Origin: a virus
Taxonomy: Duplodnaviria; Heunggongvirae; Uroviricota; Caudoviricetes
IMG/VR virus record: IMGVR_UViG_3300021400_000025
Coordinates: 278,479 to 342,478 of that record
Reading direction: 5' to 3' (one strand)
DNA: 64,000 nucleotides
Under the pieces are notes generated by a model, which was not told the DNA's origin, ran no database searches, and was given only the letters and a program-made list of their open reading frames with translations. The position numbers and the translations under genes were made by a program. Within the stretch, counting starts at the first letter, position 1, and each line of letters starts with the position of its first letter. This document shows positions 32,301 through 43,098 of this stretch, in pieces.

Positions 32301-32592
32301 TTCTGTTTTCCTTGTCCTTTGCCTTAATCAAGTCTGGGTCATAGATGAAGTCGTCTTCCATTGGGTCATCGTTGTGCGCAGGCTTTCCATATAGCATGTT
32401 CCATGATTCAATTGCGAACCTCGGCTCGTATTCTGTTGGACCACGCGCACCACAGCACTTGCATTCCATCTGCCATAGATCACGAATCTCAGTCTCGCCA
32501 TCTTCATAGCGGACCTTCACCGTGTCATGGAGAAGTCCATGCCCATGATGCCCACAGAAGGGACATATCCTGACCTTTGCCTTGTTTTCCAT
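32293..32592 (-). CDS. Lar-family restriction alleviation-like zinc-finger protein
   Basis: CPFCG...ECKCCGARGP...AIESWN pattern. Confidence 0.7.
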   Translation of the reverse strand: MENKAKVRICPFCGHHGHGLLHDTVKVRYEDGETEIRDLWQMECKCCGARGPTEYEPRFAIESWNMLYGKPAHNDDPMEDDFIYDPDLIKAKDKENRNG

Positions 32593-32668
32593 ATCAACAA
32601 TTATACAAAAAGACGCACCCTAAATGGATGCGTCATCTTTGTTGGACATTTCAATGTTGTAATCATTT

Positions 32669-32854
32669 TCACTCGTCTTGCTTCACTGTTATTGTGTAAT
32701 GTGATTTGTCTACCTGGTCTGTAAGGTATATCTCATACCCATTGTCAGCGAAGTCAACAACATAACCTGCAATCTTCGAGAGGGCGTCGAATATGTCCTC
32801 TGTCACCATTGCCTCGCCATTGGTGGCTTCAAACCTTCCATCGTTCATTTTCAT
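32669..32854 (-). CDS. Small hypothetical protein
   Basis: AGGAG SD; follows the metacaspase. Confidence 0.5.
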   Translation of the reverse strand: MKMNDGRFEATNGEAMVTEDIFDALSKIAGYVVDFADNGYEIYLTDQVDKSHYTITVKQDE

Positions 32855-32874
32855 TTTGCTTTCGCTCCTGTGTT

Positions 32875-33726
32875 TTAGTTGAAAATCTTCGCGTTCAAGT
32901 CAAATGCCCCAATCTTCGTGCAGATTGGAACCTGCTTCACCTTCTTGAAGGAACTGTCCTGTCTGAACTTGTTCCACCATTCCCTGTATGTCAAGCACTT
33001 GTTGAAGCACTTCTTCATTGATGATGTCAACACTCCCCCATTCACAGAATCACCCCAAGAGATCGTCTCCTCTCCACATCCAGACACCACGAGCATCCTT
33101 CTCGCAACATCGCGGACATTCTCGAATTTCGCAAAGAAGGGCTTTTCAAGTGGAAGTCTGTCCTCTTCCTCTATCCCCTCCTCTTGCTCGTTTGGAAGGC
33201 GGAAGATTGTTCCAGAGTGGCAGCAATCAGCCACAAAGAATATCCTGCCCTTGCATTCCCCAAACATCGTCCACAGATCGTTGTCAATCAACGCACCATC
33301 ATAGAGGCACAGGAACTCGTCCTTGCCATCAGTCTCGTCCTTCGCGTTGGAGGACTTATTGTACTGCCCGCCATGCCCAGAATATGTGAAAATCAACAAA
33401 CAGTCTTCATCAACCTTTTTGATTTGATCCTCAAGTGCCTTTTTCACGGCCGCCACTGTCGCGGCCTTGTTGTTGAGCTTCACTATGTGGGTGTCGTCAG
33501 TGTATTTCTGCACCAGGTCAAGCATCGTGTTGGAGTCCTTGTCAGCCCCTGGACATGCTCCCCACTTGCTGGATTCGACCCCTACAATCAAAGCATACTT
33601 TTTACTTCTATCTACCGTTTGGCAAATATCCTTTTCGGAACAATTTCCACATTCACCATTTGCTGTGTCTTTACTGAACAACGTCTTAAAAAACTCAATT
33701 AGTTTGTTTATGAACTTCATTTGCAT
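32875..33726 (-). CDS. Metacaspase / caspase-like protease (peptidase C14)
   Basis: KYALIVG, FTYSGHGGQ (catalytic His), DETDGKDE, VADCCHSG (catalytic Cys); late promoter 33745-33752. Confidence 0.85.
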   Translation of the reverse strand: MQMKFINKLIEFFKTLFSKDTANGECGNCSEKDICQTVDRSKKYALIVGVESSKWGACPGADKDSNTMLDLVQKYTDDTHIVKLNNKAATVAAVKKALEDQIKKVDEDCLLIFTYSGHGGQYNKSSNAKDETDGKDEFLCLYDGALIDNDLWTMFGECKGRIFFVADCCHSGTIFRLPNEQEEGIEEEDRLPLEKPFFAKFENVRDVARRMLVVSGCGEETISWGDSVNGGVLTSSMKKCFNKCLTYREWWNKFRQDSSFKKVKQVPICTKIGAFDLNAKIFN

Positions 33727-34903
33727 TATCCTCGTTTATGAAAATATTTACCAATTCTTGTTCATTTATATGTTTGCCTCTCAATATGATAACATTATTT
33801 GCAAGCATACATTGATGTTTAGCCTCCTGTGTTCTGCATTTAGCCAAATACTCTTCATCCGTAATTCCACGTTGGCGATTTGGACAAAACATCTCTTCTT
33901 TTCCAGTAGTTTCATTCATTCTGAAAAATTGGTCGCCTTTCACCTCAACGATTTTGTTTCCAACTTTGAAGTCAGGATGATACGTGTGTTTCTTCCCATC
34001 ACATTCATAATGAAATACCGTATCAGGCTGGTACTCGAATTCAATATGATGCTCAGTCAAAAAATCATATACCTTAAATTCCCACGATGAACCAAATGAT
34101 AATTCTGGATATTTCGGATGCTTGTATTTCTTTCTTGCAATTTTATGAAACTCTGACGTTTGGGCATAATATTCCACTTTATAACGTTTAATCATTGTTT
34201 CTGATATTTGTTTGCGAACTTCATTTGCCAATAGGGAACAACCGACACCATATTTCTTCATATTTGTGTTCACCAATTTTGACATTATCTTTTTGGATTG
34301 CAACGGATGTTTGACCGAATATCGTTCAATACAAGTCTACTCGGCTAGCTTTTGAACTTCTTTCAATTGGGATGGAAATTCAACATCATATTTCAGTTTA
34401 TTTGTTCTTCTTGCTTTATCTTGAAACTCTTTCAGTTTCATGGGTTGGTCAATGCCATATATTCTTTCACATGTTTCCCTCGCCTTGTCCCGATTATTGT
34501 AATTTTCATCACCATATTTTTGTCTCTTCGTATTCCTGCTTTTGTCTCGCATATTTGGGTCGGACATACAATGCTTTCTGCAACAATACTTCCTATATGA
34601 ACGATTGTCATTATTCCATTCAACAATGTTGTTGCAATCTGGATGTGCGCATATTGGCATAGAATGAATTTCATTCAATAAACAATATATTCGTTCATAA
34701 ATGGAAACACTTCTTTCAGCATAATGTTCATCAAGAAACGAAGTTCTTTTCATCAGTTCTTTCATGACGGTAGGATAATTTAACCGTATAAAAGTATTTA
34801 ATGCCGAAGGCTGATTATGTAGACTCTATACCAGTTCAACAAGTTGTTGGTTTGACAATAGACTTAATTCATTTTCACTGTATTGTATAATTTCTCTAGT
34901 CAT
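33695..34903 (-). CDS. Free-standing homing-endonuclease-like protein (C-terminal PD-(D/E)XK; repeated T..(K/R)Y(G/D)V motifs); 2 TAGs
   Basis: ATG 34903 after GGAGGT; TAGs 34826 and 34337 join the track ORFs; YHPDFKVGNKIVEVKG; Zn motif CAHPDC..YCCRKHC; AT-rich island. Confidence 0.7.
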
Positions 34904-35048
34904 CTTGGATACCTCCATATCCTTGGTGATTTGGTGGTTGAAGCTGGAACTTTAACCACCATTTCTATTTACCAATTATATTGACATTTATAACATATTT
35001 CAAATGAAGGTATAATTGTATCATACAAACAAAAATAGAGGATAACTC

Positions 35049-35975
35049 ATGTTCATGAAAAAAGTTTTAATAATTATTGACGGTAGCTTTTTAAGCTTCG
35101 TATGCTGTTATAGGGCGTTCAAGCAGTGGTCTGAGCAGTACCAGTCAATTGACACATGCACCATACGCCCACCTGAGGAAACAGACCAAGACAACCTGCC
35201 AGATTTGGTCAACGAAAGCCAGTGGTTCAAGAAGTGCCTGTACAACGCCGCAGTGGACAAGCTGAATGGAATTGCGAACATCGTTGAGAACGCCACCGGG
35301 CTTCTCTATCCAAACTCTTCTTTGGTTGACACCATCATAGCGAAGGACAGTAGGCTCACCAAGTCCTTCAGGTACTCGCTCTACCCAGAATACAAGCTGG
35401 TCAGGAAGATTCAGAAGGCCAAGAGAAGCCAGTACAAGATTGGACCAGTCTTCGATGAACTCTATGCCAACGTGTTCCCATCCATCTTCGGCGATCATTG
35501 TGTCCAGTTGGCAGTGAATGGGGCCGAAGGCGACGACATCATCGCATCCATAGCACGAAGCCAGAGGATTGAGGATGAATACGAAAGAATCATCCTGATC
35601 TCGTCCGACAGGGACTTCCTCCAACTTCAGATTGACAGACCAGTGACGCAATACGATGCGAAGGGCGAAATGGTTGTTCCAAAGATTAAGCATGGGAACG
35701 AAATCATCAACATCACTCCCAAACAGGCTCTGATGGTGAAGATCATCTCTGGCGACACCTCTGACAACATCAAGCCCATTCGCCCGAAGATTGGGGAAAT
35801 CAGAGCGTTGAAGTACATCACAGAGAAGTCAGACGAGTTCAGAAAGATGCTCAAAGAGGATCCCGAAACGGCGGAGCATTTCATCCTCAATTCAAAATTG
35901 ATTGACTTCAACAACATCCCTGTGGAACTTTCCCAGAAGATTGTTGACGAGTTCTACGCCCTCAAGAATTGGTGA
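35049..35975 (+). CDS. rnh: T4-like RNase H / 5'-3' flap exonuclease
   Basis: IIIDGS, YPEYK..R, EGDDIIA, ISSDRDFLQL, SGDTSDNI. Confidence 0.85.
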   Translation: MFMKKVLIIIDGSFLSFVCCYRAFKQWSEQYQSIDTCTIRPPEETDQDNLPDLVNESQWFKKCLYNAAVDKLNGIANIVENATGLLYPNSSLVDTIIAKDSRLTKSFRYSLYPEYKLVRKIQKAKRSQYKIGPVFDELYANVFPSIFGDHCVQLAVNGAEGDDIIASIARSQRIEDEYERIILISSDRDFLQLQIDRPVTQYDAKGEMVVPKIKHGNEIINITPKQALMVKIISGDTSDNIKPIRPKIGEIRALKYITEKSDEFRKMLKEDPETAEHFILNSKLIDFNNIPVELSQKIVDEFYALKNW

Positions 35976-36756
35976 TGGTCAAATCAACCTCGAACGCATA
36001 GCACACTTCATATGCAGGAAGGTTGTCATGGGTCAAAACAGGCTTGTTGGACGATGCTTCTGTCTCGTCTGAGCCCGTTTCCTCGACTTCATATGATGTC
36101 CCCACGCCATCCAGTTCATTGTTCGTCAACCCCACGCCCACAGAATCCCCCTGGAAGATGTCATACCGTGTGGCAGAAGCCACATCTGCCATCTGCCCAC
36201 CATCATCAACATTCAATGTTCTGACGATTGATCCAGATGTGACTGCACTATGATGCATGTGGGGTGGCATGTTCGTTTCGTCCAGAACCACTGTTTGATT
36301 GCCGTGTGCGATGGTTGGTTCTTGGTTGATGAAGCACACTCCACGCAGCATGCAGTCCCCAATGCGCTTCAAGTTCGCATTGCTGGGTATGTCCCAATTC
36401 TCCCTTATGTACTGCTCCGGGGTGGTGTCCAATGGAACTTCGCTCTTCTTCACCACAATCACCTGCCCATCAACAACTTTCAACTTTCTTCTGGATGTGT
36501 CCAGAATGGAAACCTCACTATGCATCATGTCCAGATTCTCCTTGGTTTCGTCCAAGATGTTCTTGTAGATATCCCACCTATTGGTGTTGAGATATCTATC
36601 CATGATTGACAAGTGGCTGGTGAACAGATTGCTCTGCGCCAAATCGCACAGAACATCCCATGTCATCTTCTTGGAATCCATCTGTTGGTTGATTTCATTG
36701 GAATCTGAAACCAATAGAGCTGAATTTTCACATGTTGTTGTAGTAGTTCCCATCAC
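35962..36756 (-). CDS. Baseplate/tail-collar protein, gp10-C-like
   Basis: G..TVVL..NMPPHMH...HDNLPAYEVCY motif; late promoter 36763-36770. Confidence 0.6.
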   Translation of the reverse strand: MMGTTTTTCENSALLVSDSNEINQQMDSKKMTWDVLCDLAQSNLFTSHLSIMDRYLNTNRWDIYKNILDETKENLDMMHSEVSILDTSRRKLKVVDGQVIVVKKSEVPLDTTPEQYIRENWDIPSNANLKRIGDCMLRGVCFINQEPTIAHGNQTVVLDETNMPPHMHHSAVTSGSIVRTLNVDDGGQMADVASATRYDIFQGDSVGVGLTNNELDGVGTSYEVEETGSDETEASSNKPVLTHDNLPAYEVCYAFEVDLTITNS

Positions 36757-36762
36757 ATTGTC

Positions 36763-36794
36763 TATTTACCATCGTCTTGCCAAAATGGTAAATA
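36763..36794. promoter_or_regulatory. Back-to-back divergent late promoters (GGTAAATA on both strands)
   Basis: TATTTACC-N16-GGTAAATA between divergent late genes. Confidence 0.7.
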
Positions 36795-36802
36795 CTTCCA
36801 CC

Positions 36803-38332
36803 ATGTAGACATCCACAGAAAGAAATCCCAAACATGCTCTTTCCATGATTGGCAAGTCCAGATTCACCAATGACAAGATGGATTCCTCCCATGTCATGAC
36901 AAGATGGCACAGAAGAAAACCCAATGTTGTCCAGAAAATGGCGACATCGAGAAGAGGAATTGGTGGTGGCAAACCATCGTCTTCTGACGACAATTTCCTG
37001 AAGAAGATGGATGAAATGTTGACGAAGAATGGACTTCCCAGCGCCCTTTCCAGAATGGGGAGGCAGATGGATGTGACATAGGGGATGCTGATGGGGGAAA
37101 TGCCCATGTCTCTGGCGCAGTCGCTGGGAATTCAACTTCCTGACGAATTGAATCTGCTTGATGGGATGTCGGAATCTGCGGTTGGAAGATTGAACAGTCC
37201 ATTGGGGGAAAATTCCATGGACATGTTGAAGGGCGTGGCGTCTGGGAAGAGCCAAGACGACATATCCACTGGGATATTGGGGGAGGTTCCACAGGCGAGG
37301 GCATCTGGCTCCGCCACAGCAGCAAGCGCGTTGGGCGCAGTGGGGAGCGCGGCTGGAGCTGGCGTGGATGCAATGGCGGCATTGAAATCTGCTGTTGGAT
37401 TGGCGAATGGAGCGCAAACCCTTCTGAACGCCACCATCCAGAACGCCATCGACAAGAAACTGGCTATGATGATGGGCAAGATAATGACTTCGATAAGGAA
37501 AGCACATGGCGTCACCCACCCACTGTTTCTCACCATATTCCCAATGACATAGAAGGAAAATGGGGAATGGAAGCCTGATTGGCCGGTATCCACTGGTGGT
37601 TATCTTGAGATTGTGAAGGGAATCCCTGAATACTTCGACTTCATACAGAAGGTCATGGGTGGGGCAATAGGCGAAATATGCGGTGGAATGGACAAGATGT
37701 TCCAGACTGTGTGCAGCATGGGAAAGCAGATCGCCAATGGACAAGTGAATGTGGATGTGAATGCGTCGGTCAATGTGTATTTCCCAACGCCACCACTCAG
37801 CGTTCCATTGATGTCGATATCCAAGCAGATTGAGGATGTGTTGAACAAGATAATGGTCATCAAGGAGATTGTCCGTCAGATGGCAAGGCAGATAATAGAG
37901 AAGATCAAGTCTCTGGAGGCTCCCCAACTTTTCATAAACATGCCGGGCGACTTCTTCGAGATATTGGAGGTTCTTGTGGAGGCGTATTTCATCTACGCCA
38001 ATCTTCCGATAGTTCTGGACAAGATTCTCATATTCTTCATCAACATGTTCGTGGAGAAATTCGCAGGGCGGGCGAGTGAAATCATTGACCAGTTGTTCGG
38101 CATATGGGAGAAGGTCGTCGAGATTGTGCCTCCGTTGGACGATCTTCTGAAGTTGGCATGGGCAATCCCCAACTCGGCGGACTTCTGCGTGAATGTCGCG
38201 TTGAACATAGCCCTTCCAGACATATGGGGGATGGTGAAGCCATATGTTATGCTTCCATTCCAGGCAATAGACATGATTGAACAGGCATGCGATGAAGCCA
38301 TAGATGTGGCATATGCCATTCCTCCACCTTGA
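36803..38332 (+). CDS. Helical/hydrophobic late protein (509 aa), starts ATG-TAG; 3 TAGs
   Basis: TAGs 36806, 37079, 37550 join three same-frame track ORFs; TGA stop. Confidence 0.7.
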
Positions 38333-38411
38333 TGAAAAGAAGAAGATGCGCGGAAAAAAATCCACGCATCTTGCGTCAGTTCTGTTTGATTGTCTCTGTC
38401 TATGGGTTCAA

Positions 38412-38942
38412 TCAGGGAACCTTGATGAACTTGCCACCACGGCACTTCATGTTGCGCGTGTCATAGACAGCCTTCGCCCTCTGGCACTCAGGGCAATCAT
38501 TCGGCATGGAAAGCACAGACATGCATCCCTTGCCAAACGCGGCAACCACCTTGTTGACGAGTTCAACATTCGCCTTGACCTTCTCGTTCGTGGCAAGATA
38601 GGTGTCTATTCCGTTGAGGATGACAACTGCGCCAGCGTTGATGAGGGTCTTCTGGTAGTCGTTCAACTTCTCCTGCTTGAGGGCAATCTCCTGAACCACA
38701 GGAAGAATGCTGTCAAGATAGGTCTTTCCAGAGGCGACATCCACGCTTGCCGTGGTGATGTTGCCCACAACCTCCTTGAGGACAGTCTTGACCTGTGCAT
38801 CTGGATTGTCTATGCTGAACCAAGTCAGCATTGCGATGGAGCCTGCAGTGTTCGCCGCAGAAACCAGGGTGGTCTCGTTTGGATCGCAGCCTGCGAACAT
38901 AAGTGTCGCCGCTGCCATGATTGTCATGATGATTTTCTTCAT
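38412..38942 (-). CDS. Lipoprotein
   Basis: Signal peptide II MKKIIMTIMAAATLMFAG|C. Confidence 0.7.
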   Translation of the reverse strand: MKKIIMTIMAAATLMFAGCDPNETTLVSAANTAGSIAMLTWFSIDNPDAQVKTVLKEVVGNITTASVDVASGKTYLDSILPVVQEIALKQEKLNDYQKTLINAGAVVILNGIDTYLATNEKVKANVELVNKVVAAFGKGCMSVLSMPNDCPECQRAKAVYDTRNMKCRGGKFIKVP

Positions 38943-39036
38943 TTTTCTTTTACCTTTCCTATAGTTCAATTATACAAAAACAGCCACCAACCTTTCGGCC
39001 AGTGGCTATTGTTGCACATCACATTGTGAGTCTCCA

Positions 39037-39477
39037 TCAATCTTCGTCAAAACCCTCGCAATCCTCAACAATGAACTCAAGCCCCAGATAGAAGTCGTCA
39101 TCCACATCCCATGATCCATCAGCTTCGTAGATTGCCTTGAATCCACCAGTTGAGATTGTGGTCTTCTCTTCGCAAGCATCAACCAGAAGCCTATGTGCCT
39201 CCTTCTTCAGCTCCTCAACGGATGGGGTTCCATTCTTGGAGAACGCCCATTTCCAGTCAAGGAACTTCATGATGTTGTGAACCTTCTCGAAGTCAAAATG
39301 GTTCATTATGCTCTCAATCTTCTGCTTCTCAACCTCAGTGAGATTGTCCTCTGATGTCTCTGGGGCAGGCTCTGCTTCGTGCTTCTCCTTGAGAGCGGCC
39401 TTGATTTCGTCCAAAGCAGACTCCAGAAGGTGCATCTTGGACTCAAGTTCCTCCAGTTTCTTGGAATTGTCAATCAT
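39037..39477 (-). CDS. Hypothetical protein
   Basis: Promoter TTTACC-N17-TATAAT at 39513-39541; FDFEKVH..M..LDW.W. Confidence 0.65.
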   Translation of the reverse strand: MIDNSKKLEELESKMHLLESALDEIKAALKEKHEAEPAPETSEDNLTEVEKQKIESIMNHFDFEKVHNIMKFLDWKWAFSKNGTPSVEELKKEAHRLLVDACEEKTTISTGGFKAIYEADGSWDVDDDFYLGLEFIVEDCEGFDED

Positions 39478-39575
39478 GTCTCATTGTCTCCTTTTCTTGT
39501 CTTCCTAATCATATTATACATCATTTTGACGAAATGGTAAATAGATAAAATAAAGAATTTTTAACGCAACAAACC

Positions 39576-40715
39576 ATGACACTGACAAATTCAAACAGCC
39601 ACATCGTGGCCCCCTCCGATCCCACCCCAATAATGCGCGAAGGGGTGGATGAAGAATCAACCACAACCAACCTGCCATTCCACAGACATTGCCAGAAGAC
39701 CATATGCTCGGCACATGGCTTGTCTGGAGATGGCGCGACATGGGGTGTCATAGACACTCTGATATTGAATAATCTTTAGGATGGATGGAAAGGCAAGTTC
39801 ACGAACAACGACAACATCACCTGGGATTTACGCGCCATATTGGAGATGCTGGACGACAATGTAGGGAAATTGAAGAACCAGCAGCAATTCATCATGAATT
39901 TCCAGATGGCAAATCAAAGCATTGGAACTGCAAACATTGATCTGAATGACCAGAACAAATATAATGTGGAATTCAATGTTGATCCGATGAAGTAGAAACT
40001 GGGAAGAGATCTGGAGTTGAAGATAAACAATGTCACGGCATTCAAGTTCAACACATTGGTTGAGGATGAAGAAAACGACATCACAGAATGCAGTCTTGAC
40101 ATTGGAACAACAACACCACCATCAACTTCAGCAACATTGACGCAAGAGATGTTCAATCAATTGTATCCTGTTGGTTCAATATACATCAGCGTGAACAAGG
40201 AAGAACCTTTTCAAGGCATATCTGGAATAACATGTTCCTGGGAGCGTCTTTCAGAAGGAACCACTGTGTGGAATGCCACTAATGAAGACATAGAGAATTT
40301 GGGATTGGGACAAAAAATAGACGGTGAACTTCCCAACATCAGAGGCTTTATGTCTGGTCCTGGAAACACTGCCATAGCAGATAATAATTAGGATATCGAG
40401 AAGCCCCACAATGCGTTACATGCAACGGATATAAATGGGCGTAAGGCAATAACTTTTAGAGCTGAAATCTAGGAAGGAGTGCAATTTAATCCACCGGATG
40501 GGGTTCCAGCAGCCATTGGGGGTTGCAAAATCTCAACTACTGACGGAAATGTGACGCTGAGTGCAGTAGTGTAGAATTGTGAAAATCCGGCATGCACAGA
40601 CTTCAACGATTTCGAGTTTGACGCCAGTAGATGCAGTAGCATATACAAGGACAGCAATGGCGGGCTCGTCAGACCAACATCAATCCTCACAACTATGTGG
40701 AAGCGGATTAGTTGA
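39576..40715 (+). CDS. Baseplate/tail-fibre protein with gp10-C-like domain (379 aa; 5 TAGs)
   Basis: TAGs 39777, 39993, 40389, 40470, 40572. LYPVGSIYISV..WER..LPNIRG..FDASRCSSIY..VRP..MWKRI; the domain is complete only with readthrough. Confidence 0.75.
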
Positions 40716-40733
40716 TGCAACGGAGACACTAGC

Positions 40734-43043
40734 ATGATTTCAAACAGCCAGAACCCACACGGACTTGAGACCAGAACGCTGACCTTCTACAAGAACGGCG
40801 TTATGGTGGGGAAATCGACCAATCCACTGTATCATTGGGCGAAGATCCCAAATCTTTTCCAATAGATGAATGGCTAGGAATGGGCTATTGAACCCTCCTA
40901 TTCAAGCGAAGAATGGGAGACTTTGTAGAAGTATGTGTCGGTTGAAAATGGGAATGGCAACAAGTTGATGGTGGTTGGTGACGCATCTTTGTATAGCGGA
41001 CCCAACATGGTCATAGTTAGATGGAATTTCAACAATGGAAAACTTAAGGATGGTGGTGAATCAACCATTGCTGACTGGGTGGTTCCATATGGGACAACAG
41101 TTGGATTGTTCAATGGGCACTTTCCTGACATTGAATATGACAGAAACAGATACCTGGAATCTTGGTTCCGAGACTTCGGCGAGATTGACCTTGATGGGTG
41201 GTTTGACGAGACGACGGGCACTGAATATAGTCTGGACACGGCCATAACGCACGATGTCACATTGACTGCCCATTGAGACGCATATGAGAAGTACATCAAG
41301 AAGCAGGGGACCGTCTATGTTGACGAAACCACAGGGTGGTCTAATATGTTTTCGTCCAACGCCTTTCTTGAGACCATTGATTCGATAAATTTGAATAGGA
41401 AGGAATTTGACTTGGTGATGAAGGTCAAGACTCCATTTGTGTTGGATTTGTTTCCCAACCAGGAGATTGTCAAATTGGCGAACACTGATTTGGAGATAGC
41501 AACAAGGGGCAAGTGGAACGATGATGTCAATCCCCCCAAATGGAAAGAATATGGCACTGAAGGAGGCAAGAATTTTGTGTTTCCATGCTGGGAGGCTTTG
41601 AATCTTGGTGCAGGATTGGACGAAGAGCCCGCCAAGGGGCAGACGATGATATTCTCCAGTACAGACTATTGGTTCAGATTCAAAGCATATGTGGCGGAAG
41701 ACAATACATGGAAAGCCACATGCTATGTTGCATAGGGTGAACATGAACCTGCTTCATGGGACGACACTTTGAATTACTTTGACCGTGAAGGAATATTGGA
41801 TTCCAGCAATGTTGTTGAATCACCCATTCAATTCGGCAACGACCGTGATATTATCGGCACTGACATCAGCCAAGAGAATTGGCGTGGTGTGATATACATG
41901 GGCGAATCCTATATCAAGTTGGGTGGAATCAAATACAGGTTCGTATATGACAATAGAATGTGCAATGTCACACTTGATCCAAATGGTGGAACCTTCACCG
42001 AAGCGCAGATTTCCAGTGCCACAGCAAATGGGTGGACTTACGCCAATCAAATGCTGTCCAAGAAAGTGAGCGTTTCAAGTTCAATGGAGTTCATGTCTGG
42101 AATTGAAGCAAGTTTGAATGGATTCAATTTCTCCGGATGGTATGACGCCATGGGCGATGGAGTGAAGGTTGGTGAACCAGGAAGGACGGAAATAACCGAA
42201 GACATCACCTTCTACGCGCATTGGACTTCAGCAATTGCGTCAATGGTTGTCACAACATTCAATGTCAATGGTGGAAAGAACATAACTTGGGGCGACGAGT
42301 CCAGGGGGACTATCTGGAGGTTTTAGCATTCTGACATTTTCACCTTCACCACATCTGGGCTACCCACTGCAATCAAGGAAAAAACAACCAACAAGAAATC
42401 CACACCAACCTCCACATGCACATATTCTTTGAATAGTTGGCGCGATTTAACCAACGCTAAATTGGCAAAAGACACTGTGTTGTCAGTGGACAATACATAC
42501 TACGCTAGATGGCAGTACAAGACGACATGGGTGGAGTCGTTCTAGCGTTACAATGGCAATATGTCTTGCCAGAGACAGACATGCTTGTTCAAGGGCTGGA
42601 AAAACGATCGAGGAACATATAGAAACGATCATGTGCTGACATTACACAGCATCAAATTAGGATGGGAAAGCAATGGCAATCCCGCAGTTCTCCAAATCTA
42701 TGTTGAGAACGCCGATAAGCCTTCTGAGAATCAATATATAACCCTCAAAGCGGATGGGGTTGTGTTGGCAGAGGCGAAATACAGACATTATACCACAAAC
42801 AACTGGACTAACATATCCAGCAAAGACTGTGGATTTGGGTAGTTCACCAACGATAAGACCACATATTTGTTCTGCAATGATAGGACAAATCTACTTCACT
42901 TCAAAATCACAGGGTTGAAGTTCCCATACGATAAGAACGACATCTATCTTGATGTGCATGGCAAATACAACGATGGCAGCGAAGTGTCCTATAGTTTCGG
43001 CTAGGCTGGATCCCTATATGGCGCATATGCTTAGTTGATATGA
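40734..43043 (+). CDS. Putative adhesin/fibre with three InlB B-repeat (Flg_new)-like domains; 9 TAGs plus one in-frame TGA at 41274
   Basis: Single frame. Repeats end TLTAH*, TFYAHW and TYYARW, and contain GWFD/GWYD and NGG motifs. Confidence 0.65.
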
Positions 43044-43045
43044 TG

Positions 43046-43073
43046 AAAAAGGCATCCCTTTTGGGATGCCTTT
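43046..43073. terminator. Bidirectional intrinsic terminator
   Basis: AAAAAGGCATCCC-TTTT-GGGATGCCTTT between convergent genes, directly after the TGA at 43041. Confidence 0.8.
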
Positions 43074-43098
43074 CGTCCAAGTTTGAATCTCAACTTGC

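Noticed and set aside
41274-41276. Genome-wide TGA=Trp recoding (code 4)
   Set aside because: TGA is the main true stop, with ATGA overlaps and terminators after it. Only this one internal TGA was seen.
39576-43043. Diversity-generating retroelement acting on the fibre genes
   Set aside because: No reverse transcriptase and no template/variable repeat pair were seen in the window.
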